From the sequence record SRR22947725_1144: a stretch of 20,000 nucleotides of DNA; one strand, 5' to 3'. Below, piece by piece: positions 8,241-17,598 of this stretch; position 1 is the stretch's first letter, and the number at the start of each line of letters is the position of its first letter. The position numbers were made by a program, and so were the translations under genes. The notes below the pieces were generated by a model, which had not been told where the DNA came from, did no database searches, and worked only from the letters and a program-made list of their open reading frames with translations.

Positions 8241-9509
8241 TTAGAGTCGAAAAAATGCTTTGGCATTATGCGAAAGTATTTTCTGTCCAAGCTGAAGTGC
8301 TTGCTCCGCTCGCAGGTAACCGTTGGAAACTTTTTCATCCAGAACTTCGATCAACAAACTTCTGAAGCTTTGCATGGATCCAACCGTTTCTTCAACGTGC
8401 CAATTGTCACCGCCTAACATTATCCTTCCCTCGTCCGGCAATATCTCAATAGCTTCGTGCAACGCGAGTTTAAAATGTGAGGGGCTCAGCAGCCAGGACC
8501 AGGTAAGATCAATCCAGATATTTCGATAAACAAAGGCCATGCCAAGCAGATCGCGGCTCCAGGGATATGCCAGGTGCATCAGCAGGAATCGTGTACCAGG
8601 ATGGCGTTCAATCAAACCCGCCACATGCATGGGATGTGAACTTCGTATGAGAGCCGTTCCTAGATGCATCTGCATGGGAATGTCCATTTCTGCCCCAAGG
8701 TGACAAATAAAATCCACCACATAATCTCCAAAAGCTTGTTTTTCCTCTTCACTTGGATGACTTTTTCCCCAGGCACGCTTGGCTAGTAATTTATTTGGCA
8801 CCTGAAATTCAATATTGCGATCATAAGCTAGCGCATTCTTGAAGGCTACCTGCCCGCGTGATTTCATTTTCCCAGCCAATCCACGAATGGCTTCCAGATA
8901 ATCATCGAAAGATTCAGGGTGAAAACCGGCTTTACTCAAGATAGCAGCTGCCGAGTTCCCATTATGATCCTTAGATTTCGAATGCCACCCCAAAGCAAAA
9001 GCATTTATCCTGACCACAGATTGATACTGCGATCCCAGAGATTCCCGGGCATTCAGCATTGGGTTCGTATAATCATCCGTGATCACTTGGATCAAATTGG
9101 ACTGGAAGAGAGATTTTGATTGAAAACCAATTTCAATGCGGCTTGCGATAACACGTGCATTCACTGATTCCCAATTGCCTTCATCGATCCAGATCCAATC
9201 GGAATTTCCATGAAGTGCAAGGATCCCTTGGGTCAGATTCCGAACAAAATTGTTGGAACCCCGCTCCACCAGATAGGGCCTAAGCTCATCCCAACCGAAA
9301 AGTTTCAATGTGGGGCTCAATGAAGATTCCTCCTGATGTTCGCCTGGCAATGGATAGGGTCTTTTCACCGTCCATCCCGCGTAGCTTTGTTGAAATAATG
9401 CTAAAAGATTTGTCTTGGATGACAAATATATTTCAGGGATGTGATGTTCATGTACATCCAATATAGGTGCGTTTCGCAACGATTCATGCCATGACTCCTT
9501 GGGATGCAT
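8241..9509 (-). CDS. Amidohydrolase-superfamily protein (Amidohydro_2 / FluG-N / uronate isomerase-like)
   Basis: ILDVHEH, AFK, MQMHLG, LLMH.AYP and MLGGD metal-binding pattern; C-terminal NAKAFFRL. Confidence 0.82.
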   Translation of the reverse strand: MHPKESWHESLRNAPILDVHEHHIPEIYLSSKTNLLALFQQSYAGWTVKRPYPLPGEHQEESSLSPTLKLFGWDELRPYLVERGSNNFVRNLTQGILALHGNSDWIWIDEGNWESVNARVIASRIEIGFQSKSLFQSNLIQVITDDYTNPMLNARESLGSQYQSVVRINAFALGWHSKSKDHNGNSAAAILSKAGFHPESFDDYLEAIRGLAGKMKSRGQVAFKNALAYDRNIEFQVPNKLLAKRAWGKSHPSEEEKQAFGDYVVDFICHLGAEMDIPMQMHLGTALIRSSHPMHVAGLIERHPGTRFLLMHLAYPWSRDLLGMAFVYRNIWIDLTWSWLLSPSHFKLALHEAIEILPDEGRIMLGGDNWHVEETVGSMQSFRSLLIEVLDEKVSNGYLRAEQALQLGQKILSHNAKAFFRL

Positions 9510-9569
9510 TATCGAGTGTAAAAATAAACCTTACCACCGCTAGTTTAACCGCAAACAGCTTTGTATGAT

Positions 9570-10823
9570 TCAGTTTTTGAATTTGAAGATCTGTGAAACA
9601 GTTCTCACATACATGGAATCCTCATCAAACGCAGGTGTTGAATGGGTTTTTGTATCGAGATCAATGCGATTCAGTATCTCAAATTTATCACTTGCTGCAG
9701 TCACTACAATTTCGCCCGTGGTTGATACGCAGGCGATTTCACTTCCATTGGATACAGGGGACCCAAAATACCTTCCACGAACGCGCTCCTGATAATGGAT
9801 CTTACCACTTTCCGGGTTGGCACATGTCAGGATACCTCCATCACTCCAGAAAAAAGCCAGACCATCGACTGCGATAGGCGTAGGAACATAATTCGCGGAA
9901 CGCTTGATTGTATAGGCAAGTTTAGGTTTTGCCTGTGGGCCTGCAGGAGGATCGATCGCAACAACGAAATTACCACCACCACCACTACCACAGGAACCAA
10001 AAATCCGGCCTCCGGCAACAATTGGAGAGCTGCAACTGCGCTTATCAAAGGCATCGGCATAAGACCAAAGAACTTTTCCATTATCTGGATCAAGACCGCT
10101 AACACCATCGGCTGCGCTATTAAAAATTAATTGATCTTTCCCATCAGGTCTGCGGTAGACACAAGGTGTCGAATAGGCAGCTTTATCACTTCGTCTTTTT
10201 GTTTTCCAGATGGTACTCCCACTTGTTTTATCCAAAGCAACGATGAAACTCTGCCCCAGCTGATCATTTGCGATGATTAATTTATCTTGATATAGAACAG
10301 GAGAAACACCCACACCGTGTTGGCTTCTGAAGGGCCCCAGGTCCTTCTTCCACAACCATTCTCCAGCATGATCCAATGCAGCAACAAAGTAATGCTTGGG
10401 TGTGGCCCAGGATAGATAAACCCGATCTTTATCAACCGTAGCTGAAGGCGAGGCAAAGCTGTTGAAGTCATGCTTTGAAAACGTCTGATAGGCCATTTCA
10501 CGATTCCAGCTGATATTGCCAGTTTCTCGATGAATAGAGAGCACATGAAAATTGGATGAATCTTCATTCATGCAAGTCAGATATAGAAAGCCCCCCCAAA
10601 TCACTGGCGAAGAATGCCCTTTACCGGGAAGATCTAATTTCCATGCGATATCGCCTTTTTTAAGGTCTCTTAGCTTGATAGTTGAATCTGCGATACCTGT
10701 TCCATTGGAGCCACGAAAACGATTCCAATATTCTGCCGCAGAAGAAAAAAGAGGTGTCAGTATATAGAGAAAAATGCACACCCAATGAAGGAGGTAAGTC
10801 TTACGTGTTTGCATTGGCTTCAT
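9570..10823 (-). CDS. PQQ-binding-like (BamB-like) beta-propeller repeat protein, exported
   Basis: Signal peptide, W.RFRG..GTG start, and repeated G...W and SSP/STP blades; a family that is expanded in PVC bacteria. Confidence 0.88.
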   Translation of the reverse strand: MKPMQTRKTYLLHWVCIFLYILTPLFSSAAEYWNRFRGSNGTGIADSTIKLRDLKKGDIAWKLDLPGKGHSSPVIWGGFLYLTCMNEDSSNFHVLSIHRETGNISWNREMAYQTFSKHDFNSFASPSATVDKDRVYLSWATPKHYFVAALDHAGEWLWKKDLGPFRSQHGVGVSPVLYQDKLIIANDQLGQSFIVALDKTSGSTIWKTKRRSDKAAYSTPCVYRRPDGKDQLIFNSAADGVSGLDPDNGKVLWSYADAFDKRSCSSPIVAGGRIFGSCGSGGGGNFVVAIDPPAGPQAKPKLAYTIKRSANYVPTPIAVDGLAFFWSDGGILTCANPESGKIHYQERVRGRYFGSPVSNGSEIACVSTTGEIVVTAASDKFEILNRIDLDTKTHSTPAFDEDSMYVRTVSQIFKFKN

Positions 10824-10828
10824 GGTGG

Positions 10829-10863
10829 ATAATAGTCGCTACCTTGAGCTGAGAATCAAGGTA
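10829..10863 (-). promoter_or_regulatory. Candidate promoter and palindromic operator for the beta-propeller gene
   Basis: Perfect inverted repeat TACCTTGA-N8-TCAAGGTA (10840-10863). The minus strand reads TTGATT-N19-TATTAT-N5-ATG. Confidence 0.4.
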
Positions 10864-11256
10864 AAACCGATCTATTAGCCCCACTTGAGCAATCCTGCCT
10901 ATACCCAGTTTGGACAATTGGCAACGCAGATATCAACCATTCAGAATTTCAATAAAGAAAGCGTCAGAGACCAAACCTGGATCCGGGTTTGCCGATAACC
11001 CTTGGTTTTCTGTCGATGCCATGAGCTTCATATCATCTTGAGGAATCTCTCACCAAGAACTTCTCACTGGTAATTGAGATGAGAAGTTTTGGGGGATCAA
11101 TCCCCCACATTGAAAAGATCACGTCATGGAATGCCGCTGCAATTAATGGTGTATTCAAATTGAAGTTTAAACGCGTTGGAGAATTTTTACGGCAGATCAT
11201 AAACAGCGCTGAAACTACACTCCCGAAGGCACTCGTTGTAATCGGGAGAAAGTCAA

Positions 11257-12150
11257 CTAGGATGGTTTTTCCGCTGAAGGTGATTCAACATCGTTGAGCT
11301 GAGCCCCCACTTGTTCACCGGCTATCATGGCATCACGGATTTGACCTGCCAGATCATTCATATGCCCGGGTGAATGAGGAATCATGATGGTATTCGTTCT
11401 AGATTGGTTCCCCAAATCCTTCAGGGTATCGAAATACTGGGTCATCAACACCATGTTCATGACATCAGCAGCACTGGCTGAACGGATGGTCTTTTGAAAT
11501 TCGTCCACGGATTCCCTCAACCCTTCAACAATCGCCCGCCTCTGATCCGCAATGCCTTTACCCGAGAGGGCTTTGCTTTCGGCTTCAGCTTCGGCTGCTT
11601 TGACACTCAAAATCTTGTCTGCCTCGCCTTTTTCAGTCGCTGCGACTCTGAGGCGTGTGGCCGCGTTGATTTCGTTCATGGCTGCCTTGACCTTGGCATC
11701 AGGATCAATGTCAGTCACAAGTGCTTTCAAGATACCATACCCAAAATCATCCATCACCTGCTGAAGTTCGTTTTTCACGACATCGGCAATTTCATCTTTC
11801 TTCTCAAAAACATCGTCCAAACGAATCCGAGGCACTCGTGCACGTACCACATCAAAGACAAACGATTTGATCTGCCGTTCGGGATTTTCAAGTCTGTAAA
11901 AGGCCTCGTAAATTTTTTCTGGAAGCACGTAAAATTGCACAGAAACAAGCACTTTTACAAAAACATTATCAGCAGTCTTGGTCTCAACCTCGACGTCTAA
12001 TTGGCGCACCCGCAGGTTGACATATCCTGCAACTCGCTCAAGGAAAGGGATCAGGAAATTTAGACCAGGGTCGGCAATGCGCGTGAATTTACCAAATCGA
12101 GTGACGACGCCCGCTGTTTGCTGTTTGACAGTAAAAAATGGAATAAACAT
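11257..12150 (-). CDS. SPFH/band 7 domain protein (HIR-like subgroup)
   Basis: RFGKF..PGLNF, ETKTADNVFV, FDVVRARVP..LDDVFEKKDEIA, AEAE coiled coil and QYFDTLK. Confidence 0.92.
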   Translation of the reverse strand: MFIPFFTVKQQTAGVVTRFGKFTRIADPGLNFLIPFLERVAGYVNLRVRQLDVEVETKTADNVFVKVLVSVQFYVLPEKIYEAFYRLENPERQIKSFVFDVVRARVPRIRLDDVFEKKDEIADVVKNELQQVMDDFGYGILKALVTDIDPDAKVKAAMNEINAATRLRVAATEKGEADKILSVKAAEAEAESKALSGKGIADQRRAIVEGLRESVDEFQKTIRSASAADVMNMVLMTQYFDTLKDLGNQSRTNTIMIPHSPGHMNDLAGQIRDAMIAGEQVGAQLNDVESPSAEKPS

Positions 12151-12208
12151 AAGTACACGTTCCTTTTGAAGTTATATGACAAGTTTGGGTCATTTAACAG
12201 TTACAGCA

Positions 12209-12247
12209 ATTATAATAAGGAGACTAGATTGTAATCCAATATTATAA
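12209..12247 (-). promoter_or_regulatory. Candidate sigma70 -10 element (TATAAT) for the SPFH gene, within an AT-rich inverted repeat
   Basis: ATTATAAT at 12209-12216 gives TATAAT on both strands. TTATAATA (12210-12217) and TATTATAA (12240-12247) form an inverted pair. Confidence 0.35.
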
Positions 12248-12326
12248 AGATCGTGATGGATAAGGTGATGGAAGGATAGCCATGGAACCCAATGCCCTTC
12301 CTACAGAAGTGAGGGATAATTTCAGA

Positions 12327-13094
12327 TTAGGGGGCAGTCTTGATTGACTTGTTATCAAATTCTAGAACTGACATGGATTTATCACGAAGATTTCGGATTC
12401 TCAAACCTTTCAGATACCAGAGGCCCTCAATTTTTTCCACTCCGGCGACCTCAAACACTTTCATTTTGCGATCGTTGATATCGAATGCTTCAGCATAGAC
12501 GATGCCTCCATTTTCAATTGAAATCCAAGATCGAACCTTATAATAGCCGCTTAAAGATCGCGTGGGTCGCGAGCTTTCGAGCAGCTTGCAGGCAACTCCC
12601 TTGCGTCGTTTGATTTTGGACTGGAAAATACGTTGATCTGGCCAGTGGAGAAAATCCAATCCCAAGTCAACGATCCAAAAGTCGCTCTCGCCTATGGATA
12701 CCATTGCCTGCTCGGAGTTAAGGTTCCGGAAGTCGTCAGGGGCTGTGGGTAATTGCCGTGAAACCGCTAGTTTGTAACTGGGAGAAGCACCCGCAGAATG
12801 ATTGATCCAGAGCCATTCACTCTCAGCGTTGGAATCTTTGCTGATCTGAAACAAATCTCTCCAACCATTTTCGAATTGTTCTGTGTGCTTTTGAACGTAA
12901 TGCTCGATTCGAGTTCCATCACGTTTTCTTATTTTGAACGTTGCAGTAATCGGTCCGGGAATACCTAGTTGAACCAATCGCAGTTCCTTTGCTAAAGCCT
13001 GTCCTTCACGAATGGGATCAGCACACAAAGAGGTAAGACAAGCAAGGAAACCAGCAAAAAAAAGACCTAAACGAACAAGACTCCACTTTTTCAT
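12327..13094 (-). CDS. Outer-membrane lipoprotein-sorting (LolA-like) protein, exported
   Basis: Signal peptide, IGESDFWIVDL motif, and C-terminal Y.KVRSWI...AFD...K...KIEGLWY...S.LEF pattern. ATG at 13094; the track uses TTG at 13100. Confidence 0.7.
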   Translation of the reverse strand: MKKWSLVRLGLFFAGFLACLTSLCADPIREGQALAKELRLVQLGIPGPITATFKIRKRDGTRIEHYVQKHTEQFENGWRDLFQISKDSNAESEWLWINHSAGASPSYKLAVSRQLPTAPDDFRNLNSEQAMVSIGESDFWIVDLGLDFLHWPDQRIFQSKIKRRKGVACKLLESSRPTRSLSGYYKVRSWISIENGGIVYAEAFDINDRKMKVFEVAGVEKIEGLWYLKGLRIRNLRDKSMSVLEFDNKSIKTAP

Positions 13095-13124
13095 TTGCAA
13101 CCTTTTTTGAAGTAAGACAGAGAT

Positions 13125-15539
13125 TCAATTCCGTTTTGCTTTATTCCCGAACATAACGGGTAACATCTCTTCGACGTGACGCACCCAGTGAATCTTCAAT
13201 TTCTTTTGGACTTCAGCTGGTGCCTCAATCCAATCCTTTTTGTTTGCCTCGGGCAGTATAATCTCTTTGATCCCAGATCTGGCGGCAGCCAGAAGTTTTT
13301 CCTTGATACCACCCACAGGCAACACTCTGCCTCTCAAACTTATTTCACCGGTCATCGCCATGCGCGATGAAATGAGTGTTTGGGTAAACAAGGATGCAAG
13401 CGCAGCAAAGATCGCAATGCCAGCACTCGGTCCATCTTTAGGAGTAGCACCGGCAGGTACGTGAATGTGAATGTCCAGATTCTCTATGCTGGGCAGGGCA
13501 AGCCCCATCGACTTGGCTTGGCTTCTGAGGTGCGTCAACGCAGCTTGAGCGCTTTCTTTCATGACCTCGCCCAACGAGCCTGTCAGTATTAGTTTCCCTT
13601 TGCCCGGTAAGGAAGTTGCCTCGACAAAGAGAATTTCTCCCCCGCTGGGTGTCCACCCCAAGCCAACCGCGATACCACTGTCTTCGATCGTTTCGTGATC
13701 CGGGGCTGGATGCTTGGGTTGCCCCAGTTGTGTTTGAATCCATGCTTCGGATATCGTTATCTTTCCTTGGCAGTCGGGAGATTCAAGTTGTTCTCTTGCG
13801 GCTTTGCGCAACGTCGATGCAATGGTCCTCTCCAGTTGTCTGACACCTGCTTCACGGGTGTATAGATCGACCAACATACGTATGCTGGCGGATGGAAGTT
13901 TAATCTGGCGAGTTTTAAGACCATGATCTTTGAGTAATCTGGGGAGAAGATGTCGTCTCGTGATTTTTATTTTCTCAGCCGTCGTGTAGCTGGGAAGTTC
14001 AATCACCTCCAGACGATCACGTAGAGCAGGATGAACAGGGTCGAGCCAATTGGCAGTCGTGATGAAAAGAATTTCACTCAGATCAAACGGTAATTCCAGA
14101 TAATGGTCACTGAAATGTTTGTTTTGCTGAGGGTCCAAGACCTCTAAAAGCGCAGAAGCAGGGTCACCTCTGAAATCGGAACCCAATTTATCGATCTCAT
14201 CGAGCAAGATAACGGGATTCTTGACTTTCAGTCGCTTCAAGGTCTGGAGTATGCGACCGGGCATGGATCCAACATAAGTTCGACGGTGCCCCCGTATTTC
14301 ACCTTCATCGCGTACTCCACCAAGTGAAATGCGTGCAAAGGGGCGACCCAAAGCTTCGGCGATACTTCGCCCCATGGATGTTTTGCCTACCCCCGGCGGC
14401 CCTACCAAACATAGGATCGGACCACGCACGGGATTTTGAAGTTTCATCACGGCAAGGTGCTCCAACAAGCGGTTCTTGACCTGCTTGAGCCCAAAATGCT
14501 GAGCGTCCAGAATCCGGGATGCCTCTTGTAGATCCAATTGGTCTTTTACCGATTGACTCCACGGCAATGATGCCAGCCATTCCACGTAATGCCGGGCTAC
14601 CGTATATTCGGGCAACGATGTGGGAATGGTTTTCAGTCGATCAAGCTCCTTAAGTGCAATTTCCTGAGTATCGGCAGGCATCCCACTTTCCTCAATGAGA
14701 GCCTTTAAAACTGCCATTTCCCTACCGGCCGAATCATCTTCACCTAATTCACGCTGAATGACCCGAAGTTGTTCCCGCAGGTAGTAGTCCCGCTGACTCT
14801 TGGAAACAGAAGCTGTTACTTCCTTCTGGATACGCGCCCCTATCGATTGAAGCTCCAGCTCATGCTTGAGTAGGGGCAGTAGAATCTTGAGTCTTTCTGT
14901 GACGACATGAGCACTCAAAAGCTTTTGATGATCAGCAAGACCAAGATTGAGGTTGGCCCCTATGAGGTCAGATAGTTTCTCCGGATCTTCCGTATTCAGA
15001 TTCGAGGACTTAACCTGATCGGTGAGCGTCGGAGATTTTTCAAGTATGGCTTCAAACAGTTTCTTGGCACTCCTGACAAGCGCCTTGGCCTCTAAGCTTG
15101 CTTCGGCAGGCTCATGAAAATACTCCACATTGGCAAGCAAGTAGGGATCAGTTTGCTTAAAATCGAGTAAACGGATTCGTTTCAGACCCTCAATCAGGAT
15201 CCTGACTGAATTGTTGGACTGCTTCACCATTTTTTGAACTCGAGCCATGCAGCCGTATGGGTGCAAGTCCTTGGGCTCTGGTTCTTCGACATCTGGTGTC
15301 GTTTGAAGCACCAAGCCGATGAGTCGATTGCCCGAAACAACATCGTCTACCAAACCTGAGCTTGGCGCGGATTCAATCAACAAGGGCGCAACCATGCCCG
15401 GAAAAATCACAATGTCTGATAAGCCAAGGATCGGAAGCTGCTCTGGAAGTGTTGCCTTAGGGCGCTTTTGAGGGTCCTCTACTGCTTTTGTAGAAGCCTT
15501 GATCTTAAGAATGTCTATGATGTCCTGATCCAAATGCAT
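13125..15539 (-). CDS. lon: ATP-dependent Lon protease (LonA)
   Basis: LON N-domain, Walker A GPPGVGKTS, Walker B LLDEIDK, HRRTYVG, and catalytic PKDGPSAG (Ser) and GGIKEK (Lys). Confidence 0.97.
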   Translation of the reverse strand: MHLDQDIIDILKIKASTKAVEDPQKRPKATLPEQLPILGLSDIVIFPGMVAPLLIESAPSSGLVDDVVSGNRLIGLVLQTTPDVEEPEPKDLHPYGCMARVQKMVKQSNNSVRILIEGLKRIRLLDFKQTDPYLLANVEYFHEPAEASLEAKALVRSAKKLFEAILEKSPTLTDQVKSSNLNTEDPEKLSDLIGANLNLGLADHQKLLSAHVVTERLKILLPLLKHELELQSIGARIQKEVTASVSKSQRDYYLREQLRVIQRELGEDDSAGREMAVLKALIEESGMPADTQEIALKELDRLKTIPTSLPEYTVARHYVEWLASLPWSQSVKDQLDLQEASRILDAQHFGLKQVKNRLLEHLAVMKLQNPVRGPILCLVGPPGVGKTSMGRSIAEALGRPFARISLGGVRDEGEIRGHRRTYVGSMPGRILQTLKRLKVKNPVILLDEIDKLGSDFRGDPASALLEVLDPQQNKHFSDHYLELPFDLSEILFITTANWLDPVHPALRDRLEVIELPSYTTAEKIKITRRHLLPRLLKDHGLKTRQIKLPSASIRMLVDLYTREAGVRQLERTIASTLRKAAREQLESPDCQGKITISEAWIQTQLGQPKHPAPDHETIEDSGIAVGLGWTPSGGEILFVEATSLPGKGKLILTGSLGEVMKESAQAALTHLRSQAKSMGLALPSIENLDIHIHVPAGATPKDGPSAGIAIFAALASLFTQTLISSRMAMTGEISLRGRVLPVGGIKEKLLAAARSGIKEIILPEANKKDWIEAPAEVQKKLKIHWVRHVEEMLPVMFGNKAKRN

Positions 15540-15694
15540 GCCGCTTGAGGGCAGGAAGAAAATTATACGACGACTCCCTCGCCTATCGTGGGTTGAAGGT
15601 ATCCGATCTTCGCTCGACTTGACGAGGGAAAAGTCGATAATTCGGTATAAATGGAATTTTAGAGCAATTTTAAGGTATTTTTTTCAAGTCAGGC

Positions 15695-15722
15695 TTTGCA
15701 CATCGTCAGAGAACCGTATACT
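15695..15722 (+). promoter_or_regulatory. Candidate sigma70 promoter for the DAHP synthase gene
   Basis: TTTGCA-N16-TATACT ending 19 nt upstream of ATG 15742. Confidence 0.35.
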
Positions 15723-15741
15723 CAGTTGTCTTTGGAATAGT

Positions 15742-16803
15742 ATGATACAGGATACAGACGATTTAAGAATACAATCATTACACCCGCTACTTTCGCCAGC
15801 CATTCTTAAGGAGGAGATTCCCCTTTCGGAAAAAGCTTCAGTGGTTGTTTCAAATGCCAGAATTGAGGCGGAGCAGATTGTGCGCGGTCAAAGTGACCGA
15901 CTACTGGTGATCGTTGGCCCTTGCTCAATTCATGACACCGAAGCAGCGATGGAATACGCGGAACATCTCAAGGAATCCTGCGATCGGTTTCGTGATAACC
16001 TGTGTATCCTCATGCGTGTTTATTTTGAAAAACCCAGAACAACCGTTGGTTGGAAGGGATTGATCAATGACCCCAATATCGATAATAGTTTTAAGATTAA
16101 CCAAGGACTCAGGCAAGGAAGACAACTTTTGCAGAATCTGGCAGGAATGGGCATTCCTGCGGCCACAGAATTTCTGGACACAATCGTACCTCAGTTTATT
16201 GCGGATCTGATTGCATGGGGAGCCATAGGGGCTCGTACTACTGAAAGTCAGGTCCATCGTGAGTTGGCTTCGGGCTTATCGATGCCCGTTGGCTTTAAAA
16301 ACGGCACTGACGGCAATGTCCAGATAGCTATCGATGCAGTTAGCGCGTCTCGCCAACCTCATCATTTTCTTTCGGTGACAAAACAAGGGATAGCAGCCAT
16401 CGTGCAAACGAAAGGCAACGATAGCTGCCACTTGATACTTCGAGGATCGAAGGCTGGCCCCAATTACGATGAAGAGAGTATTCAAACAGTCTGCAAAGCT
16501 TTGCAGAAAAGCCAATTGCACCAAGCGGTAATGGTCGATTGCAGCCACGGAAATTCGGCTAAAGATCATCTAAAACAGCCTGGCGTAGCTGAATCCATAG
16601 CAAAGCAAATTGCTTCAGGATCTACCCGCATTTCTGGCGTCATGCTGGAGAGCCATTTGGTTGAAGGTAATCAATCCTATAAGCAAGATGGTTCGGCAGT
16701 GTACGGAAAAAGCATCACTGATGCATGCATGTCATGGAACCAAACGCTACCCGTCCTTGAAAAGCTGGCGGAGGCGGTCAGCAAACGGCGCCAATCTCAA
16801 TAA
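15742..16803 (+). CDS. aroG: 3-deoxy-7-phosphoheptulonate (DAHP) synthase, class I-alpha (AroG/F/H type)
   Basis: DDLRI N-terminus, GPCSIHD, RVYFEKPRTTVGWKGLIND, IGARTTESQVHRE, GFKNGTDG, DCSHGNS and SITDAC. True start is ATG 15742, not 15538. The aroG/F/H assignment is tentative. Confidence 0.95.
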   Translation: MIQDTDDLRIQSLHPLLSPAILKEEIPLSEKASVVVSNARIEAEQIVRGQSDRLLVIVGPCSIHDTEAAMEYAEHLKESCDRFRDNLCILMRVYFEKPRTTVGWKGLINDPNIDNSFKINQGLRQGRQLLQNLAGMGIPAATEFLDTIVPQFIADLIAWGAIGARTTESQVHRELASGLSMPVGFKNGTDGNVQIAIDAVSASRQPHHFLSVTKQGIAAIVQTKGNDSCHLILRGSKAGPNYDEESIQTVCKALQKSQLHQAVMVDCSHGNSAKDHLKQPGVAESIAKQIASGSTRISGVMLESHLVEGNQSYKQDGSAVYGKSITDACMSWNQTLPVLEKLAEAVSKRRQSQ

Positions 16804-17405
16804 CTTCCCTTTAGTTCATCAATGCTGGCAAATCCATCGGCCCCTAAACGGGCCAATGGGTTCACTGCTTTGGCACATACAGATGGGACTGGCGAATCTC
16901 CTTCGACCGATGCCACTTTGTCATCCAGAAATAAGAGTTTGATCTTTCCCAGAACTAGAGCTTGAGGCCCATCACCAAGCAGGATGATGCTGTGCTTTTC
17001 GCAATAAAAGGCAACAGGAGCTGATTCGACACGCGGAAGAGGTGAGCCATCAAAAGCCACTAGGTCTAATTTTGTGTCTTCGACTTCTGAAATACCATGA
17101 TCAAGCGGTCGAGACGATTGAAGCAATGGATCAACATCGTGGGTATTTGGAATATGAACCACGAAATGAGAGCGTTCCTCAATATTCACCCAGGTATCTT
17201 TTTTTAAACCGTTCTTTTTATGTCCAATGGAGATCGAAAGCATTGGCGGACGACTACATACGGCGTTAAAATACGAAAAAGGTGCTAGATTTAATTTTCC
17301 ATTTCCATGATCGCTCAAAACCCATGCAATGGGTCTGGGAATAATAGCCTGAGTCATGGTGAAATACGCCTGACTGGATGAGAGTTGATCAAAATCGATT
17401 ACCAT
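16797..17405 (-). CDS. Flavin reductase-like FMN-binding family protein
   Basis: PRPIAWV, NLAPFSYFN, KDT..NI...FVVH and PLARLG motifs. Its stop overlaps the DAHP synthase stop convergently. Confidence 0.9.
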   Translation of the reverse strand: MVIDFDQLSSSQAYFTMTQAIIPRPIAWVLSDHGNGKLNLAPFSYFNAVCSRPPMLSISIGHKKNGLKKDTWVNIEERSHFVVHIPNTHDVDPLLQSSRPLDHGISEVEDTKLDLVAFDGSPLPRVESAPVAFYCEKHSIILLGDGPQALVLGKIKLLFLDDKVASVEGDSPVPSVCAKAVNPLARLGADGFASIDELKGSY

Positions 17406-17494
17406 GGCTTTGATTAGACTGGATTATTGGGATAAGGCATAACCTCCATCTGATTGTGTGGTTCAGTAACATGCGCTGCAACAGGCGAAAGCAC

Positions 17495-17524
17495 AAAAAA
17501 GCCCTTTGGGAATTCCCAAAGGGC
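17495..17524 (-). terminator. Rho-independent terminator of the FecR-like gene
   Basis: Perfect 24-bp palindrome GCCCTTTGGGAATTCCCAAAGGGC (17501-17524) followed on the minus strand by T6. Confidence 0.88.
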
Positions 17525-17598
17525 CTTGCTGAAAATTTATAATTTGAGATTGGTTAAAATAAGGTCGTTAACGCTCCCAAACGGAAGTTCCCCTGGTT

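Noticed and set aside
11079..11297. 72-aa plus-strand ORF in the intergenic region
   Set aside because: No RBS or motif, it starts within a hairpin and overlaps the SPFH 3' end. It cannot be fully excluded.
11494..12000. 168-aa plus-strand ORF and other nested ORFs
   Set aside because: Antisense to the well-supported SPFH gene.
12211..12234. TATAAT-AAGGAG-TTG-TAA minimal start-stop ORF on the plus strand
   Set aside because: The RBS sits directly against the -10 element and would not be transcribed from it; likely chance in AT-rich DNA.
15538..15741. N-terminal extension of the DAHP synthase
   Set aside because: Homology begins at ATG 15742. The extension covers the divergent lon/aroG promoter region.
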